Source: a virus
Taxonomy: Duplodnaviria > Caudoviricetes
IMG/VR virus record: IMGVR_UViG_3300037751_000591
Coordinates: 38,737 to 102,736 of that record
Strand: one strand, 5' to 3'
Length of the DNA stretch: 64,000 nucleotides
How positions within the stretch are numbered: the first letter of the stretch is position 1; every line of letters begins with the position of its first letter. The notes below the pieces were generated by a model. That model made no database searches and was not told where the DNA came from. It saw nothing but the letters and a program-made list of their open reading frames with translations. Of the stretch, positions 47,123 to 56,007 are shown piece after piece. Made by a program: the position numbers and the translations under genes.

Positions 47123-49558
47123 ATGCCGCGACAGGGTAGGAAGCGCCTCGAGCGCACTGTTCGCAGCGTCCTGAGCGAGAAGCAGGACAAGCTGAAACTC
47201 GTACCGGCGACGCTTGGCGCATACGTCAACGGCCAAAAGACGCTGACAGTGGCCGGCCGCTCGGACTTCGTGTGGTGCCGCATTCGCGGCGCGACCAGCG
47301 AGGTCGTTCAAGCCTTCAACGATGCTGTCGGCGAGCACTTCGATCTGCCTGTCCTGATCTATCGTGATCCTAACCACGAAGGGCTTTGGCGTATTTATGG
47401 GCGCGATATCGCGCAGTACGAGGATTGGGAGGGCGTGTCCTACCTGCCGTCCCACGGCCACACGCACAGCTTTGTGGGCGGAACAGGATCGGGCAATGAT
47501 CCGGTCTGGATTTACAAACGCCAGTTCATGCCCCTGCTGCCCCGGCCTGTGGTATCGGGCACCATGGGCGTCTTCGTTGAGCAGGACATTTACTTTTGGG
47601 ACGGTGCCTACCGCTGGTGGCCGGGGTCGGGCACACAGGACCTTTCCTCGTACAAGCCGACCGGAACCGCCAGCGGCAAGTTCCTTACGGTCTATATCCG
47701 CGGCTCAGATCAAACGCTTCAAATCCTTGAGGGCGATGAGTTCCCATTAATTTACGCGCAGGACAACCCGCTCGAATACGTCGAGGTTCCCGCAGCGTCT
47801 GAGGGCATCCCCATCGCTGCCGTCATTCTCCAGTCGGGCACGACCCGCATCGGCTGGCACGAAATCTATGACCTTCGGCTCACGCCCTCGATGTTCGCGC
47901 AGACCGGCAGCAACGTGGGCGTCTACGATGAGCACGTCTTTCGGGGCGGGATTTCCAATATCGACTTCATCGGCGAAGATGTGACGGCGGTCGTGACCGG
48001 TTCTTACGCATATGTCACGATCACGCGCCCCAATCCTGTCGACCAGATTGGCTTCTACGCGCTCGAAGATGGCGTCCCGCTCGGGACCGGCGTCCGGCTG
48101 GACTTTGGCGACAACTTGGATGTCACATTCAGTGGAACTTCGGTTCGGATCGACGCTCAGGCCGGCGGCGGAGGCGGTGCCGGCGGTGCCGGCGGCGGCA
48201 TCGTTGTTTGGGATAACGGCGAGTTCCTTGTCACGGGCACGATCATCGATTTTGGCGACAACTTGGATGTCTCGGCCAGCGGCACCGTCGTTCGCGTTGA
48301 TGCTCAAGCTGGCAGCGGCGGCGGGTCTTTAACGCTCAGTACAGGAACTATCGTGGCCGAAGAAGTGATAGCCGACATTACATTGGGGTCGGCGACCGGC
48401 TCATTTATTGTCCCCGGCATTCCACAGGACTACGACTACATCCAGATTCGGGGCAGGTTAAGGACAGACCGGGCGGCGACTTTGGATCAGGCCGTAGTCT
48501 TATTCAACAACGACACGCTTGACGCGTCATACCGAGCCACATTCTCTAGGTTTGGCTTTACCACATCGGCAGGACAGAGCGATAAGGCCAGAGCGGGCAT
48601 TGTTCCGGGCAACAGCGCCGACGCCAACCAGTACAGCCAGTTCTTCATAGAAGTCGTTGATTATCGAGTCACTGGTTCCTATGCCGTTATGAACTATATG
48701 TCGGGCGAACGGCATAGTGCAACCGATATGGAAACGCGCCTCGGAACGGTGCTTTGGGAAAAACTAGAGGCTGTCACGCGTATTGATATTGTGCCCGACG
48801 TTGGCCCAAACTTCATGGCCGGTTCACGTGTTCTGATAACAGGCCACAAGCGTAAGTCTTTTGTGACGGATGTTGAGGGCGGCGGTGGGGGCGGCCTCAG
48901 TACAGGCACTGTCGTCATCCTCGACGACGGGGATGAACTTGGCGATGTTTCTGAGATAGATTTCCACCACGGCATCGATGCTTCCGTCACCGGATCGCGT
49001 GGGCACGTAAGCGCCGATGTTGCGCTGGTGGCCGAGGTTGTGCTTTCGAGCGCCAGCGGCAGCGTTGATCTGTTCATTCCCGAATGGGCGCACGACAACT
49101 ACAGCGTGCTCGAAGTAATGGTCCACGTAAAAACTGATTCGGCCAACGCCGTCGATGGTCTTAGGCTACGAATGGGACCGATTGGCGGCCCCGTGGATAC
49201 GGGCGGAACGAACTATGCGAGAACTGCAAGAGAAATGTTCTCTACATCATTCGCTACCGAGCTAACGCCATCAGGCGATTCGATATGGTTGGGTAGATTC
49301 ACCATATCTGGCGGTGCGGGCGACGCGAATCACTTCGGCCATCACCAATTTATTGTGCTTGGTTGGGAGGACACGTATGCCGAGACAACGATTCGCGGAG
49401 AATCATACGTCCATTCGACCGTGACCAATAACGACAACCGGATCGACTACTTTGGCGGGCAGTGGAAGAATACGGCCAAGCTTGGCATTTTAAGGTTCTA
49501 CCCAACTGGTGGCAACTTTGTTGCCGGATCGAAGTTCAAGGTGTATGCCAAGCGATAA
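47123..49558 (+). CDS. Tail fibre / receptor-binding protein with internal repeats
   Basis: Repeated DFGDNLDV..SGT.VR.DAQAG units (21-bp exact repeat at 48104 and 48251) and two tandem C-terminal beta domains ending NF[MV]AGS. Confidence 0.7.
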   Translation: MPRQGRKRLERTVRSVLSEKQDKLKLVPATLGAYVNGQKTLTVAGRSDFVWCRIRGATSEVVQAFNDAVGEHFDLPVLIYRDPNHEGLWRIYGRDIAQYEDWEGVSYLPSHGHTHSFVGGTGSGNDPVWIYKRQFMPLLPRPVVSGTMGVFVEQDIYFWDGAYRWWPGSGTQDLSSYKPTGTASGKFLTVYIRGSDQTLQILEGDEFPLIYAQDNPLEYVEVPAASEGIPIAAVILQSGTTRIGWHEIYDLRLTPSMFAQTGSNVGVYDEHVFRGGISNIDFIGEDVTAVVTGSYAYVTITRPNPVDQIGFYALEDGVPLGTGVRLDFGDNLDVTFSGTSVRIDAQAGGGGGAGGAGGGIVVWDNGEFLVTGTIIDFGDNLDVSASGTVVRVDAQAGSGGGSLTLSTGTIVAEEVIADITLGSATGSFIVPGIPQDYDYIQIRGRLRTDRAATLDQAVVLFNNDTLDASYRATFSRFGFTTSAGQSDKARAGIVPGNSADANQYSQFFIEVVDYRVTGSYAVMNYMSGERHSATDMETRLGTVLWEKLEAVTRIDIVPDVGPNFMAGSRVLITGHKRKSFVTDVEGGGGGGLSTGTVVILDDGDELGDVSEIDFHHGIDASVTGSRGHVSADVALVAEVVLSSASGSVDLFIPEWAHDNYSVLEVMVHVKTDSANAVDGLRLRMGPIGGPVDTGGTNYARTAREMFSTSFATELTPSGDSIWLGRFTISGGAGDANHFGHHQFIVLGWEDTYAETTIRGESYVHSTVTNNDNRIDYFGGQWKNTAKLGILRFYPTGGNFVAGSKFKVYAKR

Positions 49559-49605
49559 TGGCAACGCGCGAAGGTGAGCCGAAAACACAGGCACAGGAGG
49601 CATTG

Positions 49606-50532
49606 ATGGAACGAGTCCTGCAAATTCCCTACATATCGCAGGTGGACGGACCGGGTGCTGGCGGTTTCGCTAACGACTGCGGGCCGGCCAGCGTTGCCAT
49701 GCTCGCTTGGGGGAAGGGCCACGATCCGACCGTAGGCGAGGTCTATCAGGCGACGGGAGTCCAGAAGGACCAGTACATCAGCGCCGGCCAGCTAATCAAG
49801 GCCGCCGCCAAGTACGGAATCCCCCTTAAGAGCATGTACTTCGACATGGACAAAGCCAAGTCGTTCATTGACTCTGGCCGACCCATGATCGCGCTGGTGC
49901 ACTACGAAACGTTTTCTAAGACTGGCCGCACCTACTCCAAGTTCAAGGGGCCTCACTTCCTCAACCTGATCGGCTACAAGCCGGACCAGATCATCGTGCA
50001 CGACCCGCTGTGGAAGGGAAGTGACGGGGCCTACCTCGCATGGTCCGAGCACCAGTTCTATCAGGCATGGTACGACGCTCGGCTCGATGGCAATTCGTCG
50101 TTCTATGGCCTGCTGTGCGACGTGCGCTTCGGCGAGGTCGGTGCGCCTATCGGCTCGCAGCCGATGCCTCAGCCACCGAAGCCAGACGTGTGGGGAACGG
50201 GCATCGTGACCGCCAACGCACTTTACCTTCGGCACCATCCGGGCGGCCCGATTATCACTGCGTTGCGCGGCGGCACCACGGTCGACGTCCTTGAACCCAA
50301 GAAGGACGGCTGGTATCACGTGCGGTGGGAGGGCGTCGAGGGTTGGTGCGGTGGCAACTCCGCATACATCACGGTTACACAGTCGCCGACTGCGCCTCCG
50401 CCACTGCCGAGGCCTGACCCGCAGGCCGTCAAGTTCATGGACATGCCGGAAAGCGAGCGCTGGCAAATCGTGCAGGATCAACTGATTGCGCAAGGCGTGC
50501 TTGGCAAGGAAGGCTACTTGCTCGACTCGTAG
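49606..50532 (+). CDS. Endolysin: C39-like cysteine peptidase plus SH3b domain
   Basis: AGGAGG RBS; IPYISQ, DCGPAS, HFLNLIGY, VHDP; ALYLRHHPG...DGWYHVRW..EGW. Confidence 0.8.
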   Translation: MERVLQIPYISQVDGPGAGGFANDCGPASVAMLAWGKGHDPTVGEVYQATGVQKDQYISAGQLIKAAAKYGIPLKSMYFDMDKAKSFIDSGRPMIALVHYETFSKTGRTYSKFKGPHFLNLIGYKPDQIIVHDPLWKGSDGAYLAWSEHQFYQAWYDARLDGNSSFYGLLCDVRFGEVGAPIGSQPMPQPPKPDVWGTGIVTANALYLRHHPGGPIITALRGGTTVDVLEPKKDGWYHVRWEGVEGWCGGNSAYITVTQSPTAPPPLPRPDPQAVKFMDMPESERWQIVQDQLIAQGVLGKEGYLLDS

Positions 50533-50543
50533 GAAGGTGCGCC

Positions 50544-51077
50544 ATGATAGCAAATTGGCAAAGGATAATGATGGCCGACACGAAGAACTGGCAGAGGTAC
50601 TTTGGCGCATTGGGCGACGATAGCGAGGCGTTCCGCGCGGATGTTCTCGCGCTTGTGCCCGACGACCCGGCGGACAGGTCAAATATCGAGCGGCTCAAAG
50701 TGCTCGATGAGCACTTCGACCGGCTCGACCGGCTCTATCGAATTGCGTCGGAGCAGTTCAATCAGTTGGCTGACGAAATGCGTGCCGGCGTGGCCATTTT
50801 GATCGGCAACATCATCATCTTCGCCAATCCCAAAATGGCCGAAATACTTGGCTACGATCGGCCGGAGGCCATCGAAAACACCGACTACCTGAGCTACATG
50901 GAGTCTGATGATGCCAAGGCGCTTTCAACCGAGATCAATGGGCAGATTAAGGTCGTTCGCCGGGTTACTCTCAGGCGCGCCGATGGCGCGCTTGTGGAAG
51001 CCGAGTGTACGCGTCGAGCGCTGAGCTACGATGCGGGCGCTCGATTGACCGTCGTGCGCCTTGATGAGAGGCCCTAG
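50544..51077 (+). CDS. PAS-domain protein
   Basis: GVAIL...IIFANPKMAEILGYD...LRRADGALVEAE. Confidence 0.75.
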   Translation: MIANWQRIMMADTKNWQRYFGALGDDSEAFRADVLALVPDDPADRSNIERLKVLDEHFDRLDRLYRIASEQFNQLADEMRAGVAILIGNIIIFANPKMAEILGYDRPEAIENTDYLSYMESDDAKALSTEINGQIKVVRRVTLRRADGALVEAECTRRALSYDAGARLTVVRLDERP

Positions 51078-51080
51078 CAA

Positions 51081-51488
51081 GTGACGACTCCGATGACACC
51101 GCCGGGCGAGGCTTGGGACCATTACCGAAAGCTGGTACTGGCCGAAATCGAACGGCTGGATCAGCGCGACCGCATGCACGAAGATCGCATGGCGGCCTTC
51201 GTAGAGGCGGCAACCAAGTTCCACGCGCAGATTGAAAAGGACGTTGAGGCCATCGATGGCCGGCGCGTTGGTTTTGCCAAGGAAGTCGAGCACATCTATG
51301 CAACCAAGGTTGACTTGAAAGCCGAAGTTGACCGGACCGTGAAAGCGGTGGTCGAGGCGGCGCACAAAGATATGGCAGTCACGCCCGCCGAGACAATACG
51401 AGGATTATGGGAGTTCCGCGTTGCGCTGATAACAGGCATTTTCTCGGTTTTGCTTGCCATCCTTGCGCTTGTGAGATCGGGAGCATAG
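51081..51488 (+). CDS. Coiled-coil protein with C-terminal transmembrane helix (lysis module)
   Basis: YATKVDL motif and hydrophobic C-terminus. Confidence 0.65.
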   Translation: MTTPMTPPGEAWDHYRKLVLAEIERLDQRDRMHEDRMAAFVEAATKFHAQIEKDVEAIDGRRVGFAKEVEHIYATKVDLKAEVDRTVKAVVEAAHKDMAVTPAETIRGLWEFRVALITGIFSVLLAILALVRSGA

Positions 51489-51535
51489 GGCTAGAATGTC
51501 CGCTTACCAGCACAATCAGAGGGAGGTTGGCCGCT

Positions 51536-52411
51536 ATGATTGGAAGGCTGGTGGTCGCGCTCACGCTTTGCGCCGTGGCCGGTTCGACTGCACAATTTCA
51601 GGCCCACGCGCGCCATGCGCTGCCACGACAGGTCCCCGAAGAGTCGGATGCCCCCGACGACGACGTTCCGATAACCTCGGGCGACGATTTCCAAACGAAC
51701 GACGACGACAACTTGCTGAATGGTTACTACTGGTACGATGGCAATTGGGTGCCCGGTCTCATTACCATCGAGACTTGGTACACACCGACGCCGGTCTACG
51801 CCAAGGGGGGGGCCGTGTTCTATAGCCCGAACGTCATGGAGGGCACGGCGCGCTGGCGCGGCATGCCGCTTGACGGCTATCTGGATGGAGTCGCCTTGAT
51901 GTCGCCAGCAGATATCGGGGCCACTGTCTGGCTGAGGCGGCCCGGCCATGAATGGGAAGGCCCCTACCTTGTTGTGGACACCGCCGCTCGCATTGACGCT
52001 TACTCGGTCGTGACGCACCGACGCGAGATCGTCGAAGTGGGCTTTCAGACGGCGCTGCGTTGGGGCATGGTGGAAGGAGGCGAGAACGGCTGGCATACGC
52101 ACGAATGGATTGTCCCCGATGTCGAGGTTCTTAAAGCGGAGTCTCTGCCGGCATGGGCAGATGACCATGTTGACAGCGGCCCGATATCCTACCTTCGTCG
52201 CGTTTTGCGCGGCGCGACGGCAATCCCCCTGAATTACCCCGACTGGTATGAGGCCATGGTCGAGTTCTCGACGGAGTGGGAGCCTCACCCCTACTACGTC
52301 CGGCCCGGCCAGTGGAACATGCGCGATGGTCGGCCCCCGATGGGCTGGCTTGATTTCCCGATGGAGCCTCCGCTGTTCATGCTCGACAGTGGGATCGAAG
52401 TGAGAAACTAG
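51536..52411 (+). CDS. Exported RlpA-like/double-psi beta-barrel protein (possible lytic transglycosylase)
   Basis: Signal peptide; GGAVFYS...VALMSPADIGATVWL...YLVVDTA...IVEV. Confidence 0.5.
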   Translation: MIGRLVVALTLCAVAGSTAQFQAHARHALPRQVPEESDAPDDDVPITSGDDFQTNDDDNLLNGYYWYDGNWVPGLITIETWYTPTPVYAKGGAVFYSPNVMEGTARWRGMPLDGYLDGVALMSPADIGATVWLRRPGHEWEGPYLVVDTAARIDAYSVVTHRREIVEVGFQTALRWGMVEGGENGWHTHEWIVPDVEVLKAESLPAWADDHVDSGPISYLRRVLRGATAIPLNYPDWYEAMVEFSTEWEPHPYYVRPGQWNMRDGRPPMGWLDFPMEPPLFMLDSGIEVRN

Positions 52412-52427
52412 CGAAAAGGAGTCGAAG

Positions 52428-52775
52428 ATGGTTCCCGAGTTCAGTACACTGGCCGAATTGCTGCTGTGGATCGCATCAGGCGGCGGCGCGGCCATCCTTG
52501 TTGGTCGAGTGGTTTCGCTCTGGCTGGAGAACATGACGTGGTGGCATCCGCTGCCGCAGCTTGTCAAGAAGGTCGTGCCGGCTGTTCTGGCGGTGATCTT
52601 TGCCATTCTCGCCGAGAGCGCCCTGACGGTTGATCTTGGTTCAATCCTTGGGCCGTATGCTCCGCTGGTAGGCACCCTGCTGCTGGCGCTGTGGAACTGG
52701 CTGGCAACGCAAGAGCAGTACATCAGGACCAAGGAAACCGCCTACGCGGCCAAGGCTAAGATGCTCGAAGCCTAG
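52428..52775 (+). CDS. Holin-like protein
   Basis: 115 aa, about 3 transmembrane segments, basic C-terminus, AGGAG RBS. Confidence 0.7.
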   Translation: MVPEFSTLAELLLWIASGGGAAILVGRVVSLWLENMTWWHPLPQLVKKVVPAVLAVIFAILAESALTVDLGSILGPYAPLVGTLLLALWNWLATQEQYIRTKETAYAAKAKMLEA

Positions 52776-52800
52776 ACCGACGGCAACCTTAAAAGTTGCG

Positions 52801-52829
52801 AAAACGGCCCCAATTCGGGGCCGTTTTTC
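52801..52829. terminator. Bidirectional intrinsic terminator
   Basis: AAAACGGCCCC-aattc-GGGGCCGTTTTT. Confidence 0.88.
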
Positions 52830-52858
52830 TTGCATGCTCGCAAGCTCGGATGTAAACT
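52830..52858 (+). promoter_or_regulatory. Sigma70-type promoter
   Basis: TTGCAT-N17-TAAACT. Confidence 0.6.
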
Positions 52859-52864
52859 ATCGGT

Positions 52865-53031
52865 GGGACAGGTGTTCGACGAACTCATCTGTCTCTCCTT
52901 CTCCCCCTCCAACGGCGTGTTGGAGTCCATCGAAGAGGCCGGCGACCAACCAGCCGGCCAAGCGAGGCCCCTCGGCGATGGGGCCTTGCCCTTTAAAAGC
53001 GTCAGCGCCGGTTGCAGCCGGCGCTGACTTA
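52865..53031 (+). ncRNA. Candidate structured small RNA (5 consecutive hairpins)
   Basis: Hairpins at 52865-52895, 52907-52925, 52937-52959, 52965-52986 and 53001-53028, starting about 7 nt after a -10 box. No convincing ORF. Confidence 0.55.
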
Positions 53032-53068
53032 CTGCGATGCGGAAAGCAGGGCAGATATTTCCATTCTA

Positions 53069-54154
53069 TCACGGGACTGGTTCGATGTTGACCTCGCCGC
53101 CAAACGCCGCGTGTTCGATCCATTTGGACAGGTCGAAGACGGGCACCAGCAGGTAAGCGCCGGTGCTCGGCTTGATCCATGCCGTCACGATGGGCGGCTG
53201 CAGCACATAGAGATCGAGCGATGCGTCGGGGTCAATGCCGGCAGCGTGCCAGCCGGCACGAACAAATCCGAGGAAATCGAGATTGGTCCTGATGCCGCTC
53301 TTGTAGGCGTCATAGACGCGCTCGACCGTTTCGCCGGGGTTGGCACCAAAGCGTTCGATGGATTCGCCGAGAACAGCCTTCACGATTTCTTGTTGGCGGC
53401 GCATGCGGTCGAAATCGTTAGATGCATCGCGTGCTCGGGCATAACAGAGCGCTGTACGCCCGTCCATGTGGATCGTGCGTCCTTCGAGGTAGTTCAGGAC
53501 AGTGCCATCGGCGCATTCGTCGAGAATGTTGCGGGTCACGCGCACATCGATCCCTTTGAGGAAGTCGATGAAGTCGCGGAATGCAGACATTTCAAGGTAG
53601 ACATAGCCTTCGGTGATTGGCAGGCCGAAGTTATAGCGAATGGTCTGGATGACGCCTTCGCCGCCCGTCAGGGCAAAGGCCGAGTTGATGCGGCCCATGC
53701 CATGGCCGGGGATGAACACGTACAGGTCGCGGGGGATTGAGATAACTGACGCCCGATAGGGGTCAGTGTTCGTGTCTACCACGATCACGAAGAAGGCGTC
53801 GGTGTTGATGCTGTCGCGGTGCGGCAACTGGTCCGACCCCATCACGACCCAAGAAGCAAGGCCCGGCCCTAGTTCAATGGGAGCACCGGGGAATGGCTCG
53901 GGCGTCGTGGGGTCAGTGAAGAGGGGCGTCGGCCAGCCGGCCCATGGTGTCGGCGATGTGGCGGTTGGCGCTGGCGTGGATGTTTGTGTGGCGGTTGGCG
54001 GTTCCGTTGCCGCCTCGCCGGCACCGCCGCCCATGTTGGTCGCGGCATCATTGCCTATTTCGGTTGGCGGAAGCGGCTGATTGGAAAGGCTGCAAGAGGC
54101 GATCACAAGCAGCATCAGCGCGCTAATAAGCGCGGACAATCGGTGGATTTTCAT
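53069..54154 (-). CDS. LCP (LytR-CpsA-Psr) family glycopolymer ligase, lipoprotein
   Basis: Lipobox-like LLVIASC, PT-rich linker, MGSD, NTDA, ISIPRDLYV, RINSAF, DGRTALCYARAR, NDFDRMRRQQ. Confidence 0.92.
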   Translation of the reverse strand: MKIHRLSALISALMLLVIASCSLSNQPLPPTEIGNDAATNMGGGAGEAATEPPTATQTSTPAPTATSPTPWAGWPTPLFTDPTTPEPFPGAPIELGPGLASWVVMGSDQLPHRDSINTDAFFVIVVDTNTDPYRASVISIPRDLYVFIPGHGMGRINSAFALTGGEGVIQTIRYNFGLPITEGYVYLEMSAFRDFIDFLKGIDVRVTRNILDECADGTVLNYLEGRTIHMDGRTALCYARARDASNDFDRMRRQQEIVKAVLGESIERFGANPGETVERVYDAYKSGIRTNLDFLGFVRAGWHAAGIDPDASLDLYVLQPPIVTAWIKPSTGAYLLVPVFDLSKWIEHAAFGGEVNIEPVP

Positions 54155-54170
54155 TCGGCCCTCCGGCGTG

Positions 54171-54446
54171 TTATCGGCCCTCTGTGAAGTCTCGGATGCC
54201 CAAGATAGTGCCAAAGAGGATAATCGTTCCGCCGACGATTGCCAAGAGGCGAATGTAGCCGACAGCCCATGCGATGAATAGGTCAATAAACCAATGGTTT
54301 CCAATCTCATTCGCAAATAGATCGTAGAGGCCATTGGCGACAAAAGGGCCGCCGATTAAGACGGAACCGAGCGCCAGCCACTGAATCGCATGCCACCACC
54401 ACGCCCTCGGCTGGCCGGTTTCACGCATCACTGTCCTGCCTTTCAT
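54171..54446 (-). CDS. Small membrane protein
   Basis: 2-3 hydrophobic segments; coupled to neighbouring genes. Confidence 0.55.
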   Translation of the reverse strand: MKGRTVMRETGQPRAWWWHAIQWLALGSVLIGGPFVANGLYDLFANEIGNHWFIDLFIAWAVGYIRLLAIVGGTIILFGTILGIRDFTEGR

Positions 54447-54795
54447 CTTCGATTGCTTCGACCAGCTTGCGCATTACGTCGCCTGTTGTGTCAATGTAGA
54501 CGTTGTTCGGCCCAAGGTGCTGAACGGACATACCGCTCAATTCAAGGGTGCGTCGCCGCACAATGGGTGTTACTCGCCCATCGTCATAGACGATGATTGC
54601 GGTTACTGGCATGGCCGCTTTCATCTTGCGCAGCGTGTATTCGCCTACCTTGCCCTGCATATGCAGAATTTCGGCCTCCCGCTGGACATCACAGAACAGG
54701 TCGATCACATCCCAAAAGTTCTGATGAAGCTCAGCGATGATTTTCTTGGCCTTGGACGGTTCGGGCTGAGTCTGGTTTGTGCTCTCAGTGCTCAC
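54421..54795 (-). CDS. Hypothetical protein
   Basis: GTG 54795 preceded by AGGAGG; the longer listed ORF overlaps the next gene. Confidence 0.6.
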   Translation of the reverse strand: MSTESTNQTQPEPSKAKKIIAELHQNFWDVIDLFCDVQREAEILHMQGKVGEYTLRKMKAAMPVTAIIVYDDGRVTPIVRRRTLELSGMSVQHLGPNNVYIDTTGDVMRKLVEAIEDERQDSDA

Positions 54796-55201
54796 GTTGT
54801 CGCCTCCTGAGTCTTCGGGCGAGTAGCTTGCAGGCGTGGGTGTGGTGGACTTGGTTTCCTGATTTCGGGACAAACCAATTTCCGCAGATGCATAGTCTAG
54901 ACGATTGAAGGATAAGCGAACCTTCAACCACCTCAACGTCCGCTGCAGCGCGGATACTTTGATCGTTGGGTTTCTCATGGACGACTCCGTTTTCTGACGA
55001 TAGGTAGGTATCGCAGAGTTCGGCGACCCGCTTCGTAACGGGCTGTTTGCCCCGCACGATGTTCCGCAGATAGTAGCCGGTGTACGGCTTGGCGCTGGAT
55101 GCCAGCGCGATCTTGTGGGCAGCTTCCTCAAATCGCCCGACATCATCATCTGGCGACCAATTGCCGAGCGCTCGGTCGAGTGCGCGTTCAAATGAATCCA
55201 T
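54785..55201 (-). CDS. Hypothetical DNA-binding protein with C-terminal Cys/His motif
   Basis: CICG...HTHAC followed by a basic tail; TGATG coupling. Confidence 0.6.
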   Translation of the reverse strand: MDSFERALDRALGNWSPDDDVGRFEEAAHKIALASSAKPYTGYYLRNIVRGKQPVTKRVAELCDTYLSSENGVVHEKPNDQSIRAAADVEVVEGSLILQSSRLCICGNWFVPKSGNQVHHTHACKLLARRLRRRQREH

Positions 55202-55947
55202 CAGTTGTCTAGGAAATCAACGGGGTCTTCGGACCATGGCACCCGCTCGAAGTCGATCAGGCCCCACGCCGACCCGCGGGCGACGGCGGCTGCTCGGGTG
55301 CGCACGTTCAGCTTTTGCGTGATCCGCTGTGCGTGCCCGCGGATTGTTGCGCCTGCGATGCCAAGTCGTTGCGCCATGTCGCTGGTGGTCCAGCCGCCGG
55401 CGATCAGGTGCAGGACTTCAAGTTCGCGCTTGGATAGCGGCTCGATCATGGGCATGCTGACGCGGCGTGCTTCGAGTACGCCGCGCAGGTACTGAATGGT
55501 TTTGAAGGGATCGCCGACCACATCTTCGTTGGTAAATCGAAGGGCAATCCATCCGAGTCGCTGCGCTTCGTTGAACTTGTCCTTGTCCGACAGAAATCGC
55601 TGCGGGCGCGCATGCCAGCCGGCATAGCGGATCACCTTGCCCGGCGTGCCATCGCCTTTCATGGCCCGCACTTCCTGCTTGCAGTTGTGGCACTTGATGC
55701 TGACGCCATGGCCGCCGCCGTCGAGTTCCACGGCGACCTTGTAGGCCAGCCACGCAAAGTCAAAGGCCCAATTGCGCTCGGGATGCCAGTCGCTATAGTT
55801 CGATTTGTGGGCTGGCAGGTCATGTCCGAGCGTGGCAAGCTGGTACTCGAAGGCGCGCTCGAGGCCGCTATGCGACTTCAAGAGGTCGCGGTATTCCTCG
55901 ACCGAGTAGACATCCTTTTGCGGCACTAGTACCTCCGTACCGGCCAT
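55201..55947 (-). CDS. DUF559/Vsr-like nuclease-fold domain (CxxC insert) fused to LuxR-type HTH
   Basis: WAFDFAW...VAVELDGG...H...DKDKFNEAQRLGWIALRF; LSKRELEVLHLIAGGWTTSDMAQRLGI...KLNVRTRAAAV. Confidence 0.85.
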   Translation of the reverse strand: MAGTEVLVPQKDVYSVEEYRDLLKSHSGLERAFEYQLATLGHDLPAHKSNYSDWHPERNWAFDFAWLAYKVAVELDGGGHGVSIKCHNCKQEVRAMKGDGTPGKVIRYAGWHARPQRFLSDKDKFNEAQRLGWIALRFTNEDVVGDPFKTIQYLRGVLEARRVSMPMIEPLSKRELEVLHLIAGGWTTSDMAQRLGIAGATIRGHAQRITQKLNVRTRAAAVARGSAWGLIDFERVPWSEDPVDFLDN

Positions 55948-56007
55948 GTTGACATGGTGCATTTGCAATTGAGAGGACTCGCCAGACCATGATACACAGG
56001 TGCTGCC

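Noticed and set aside
52830-53180. Short ORFs in the lysis-LCP intergenic region
   Set aside because: No RBS or recognisable motif; dense hairpins and a promoter favour an RNA.
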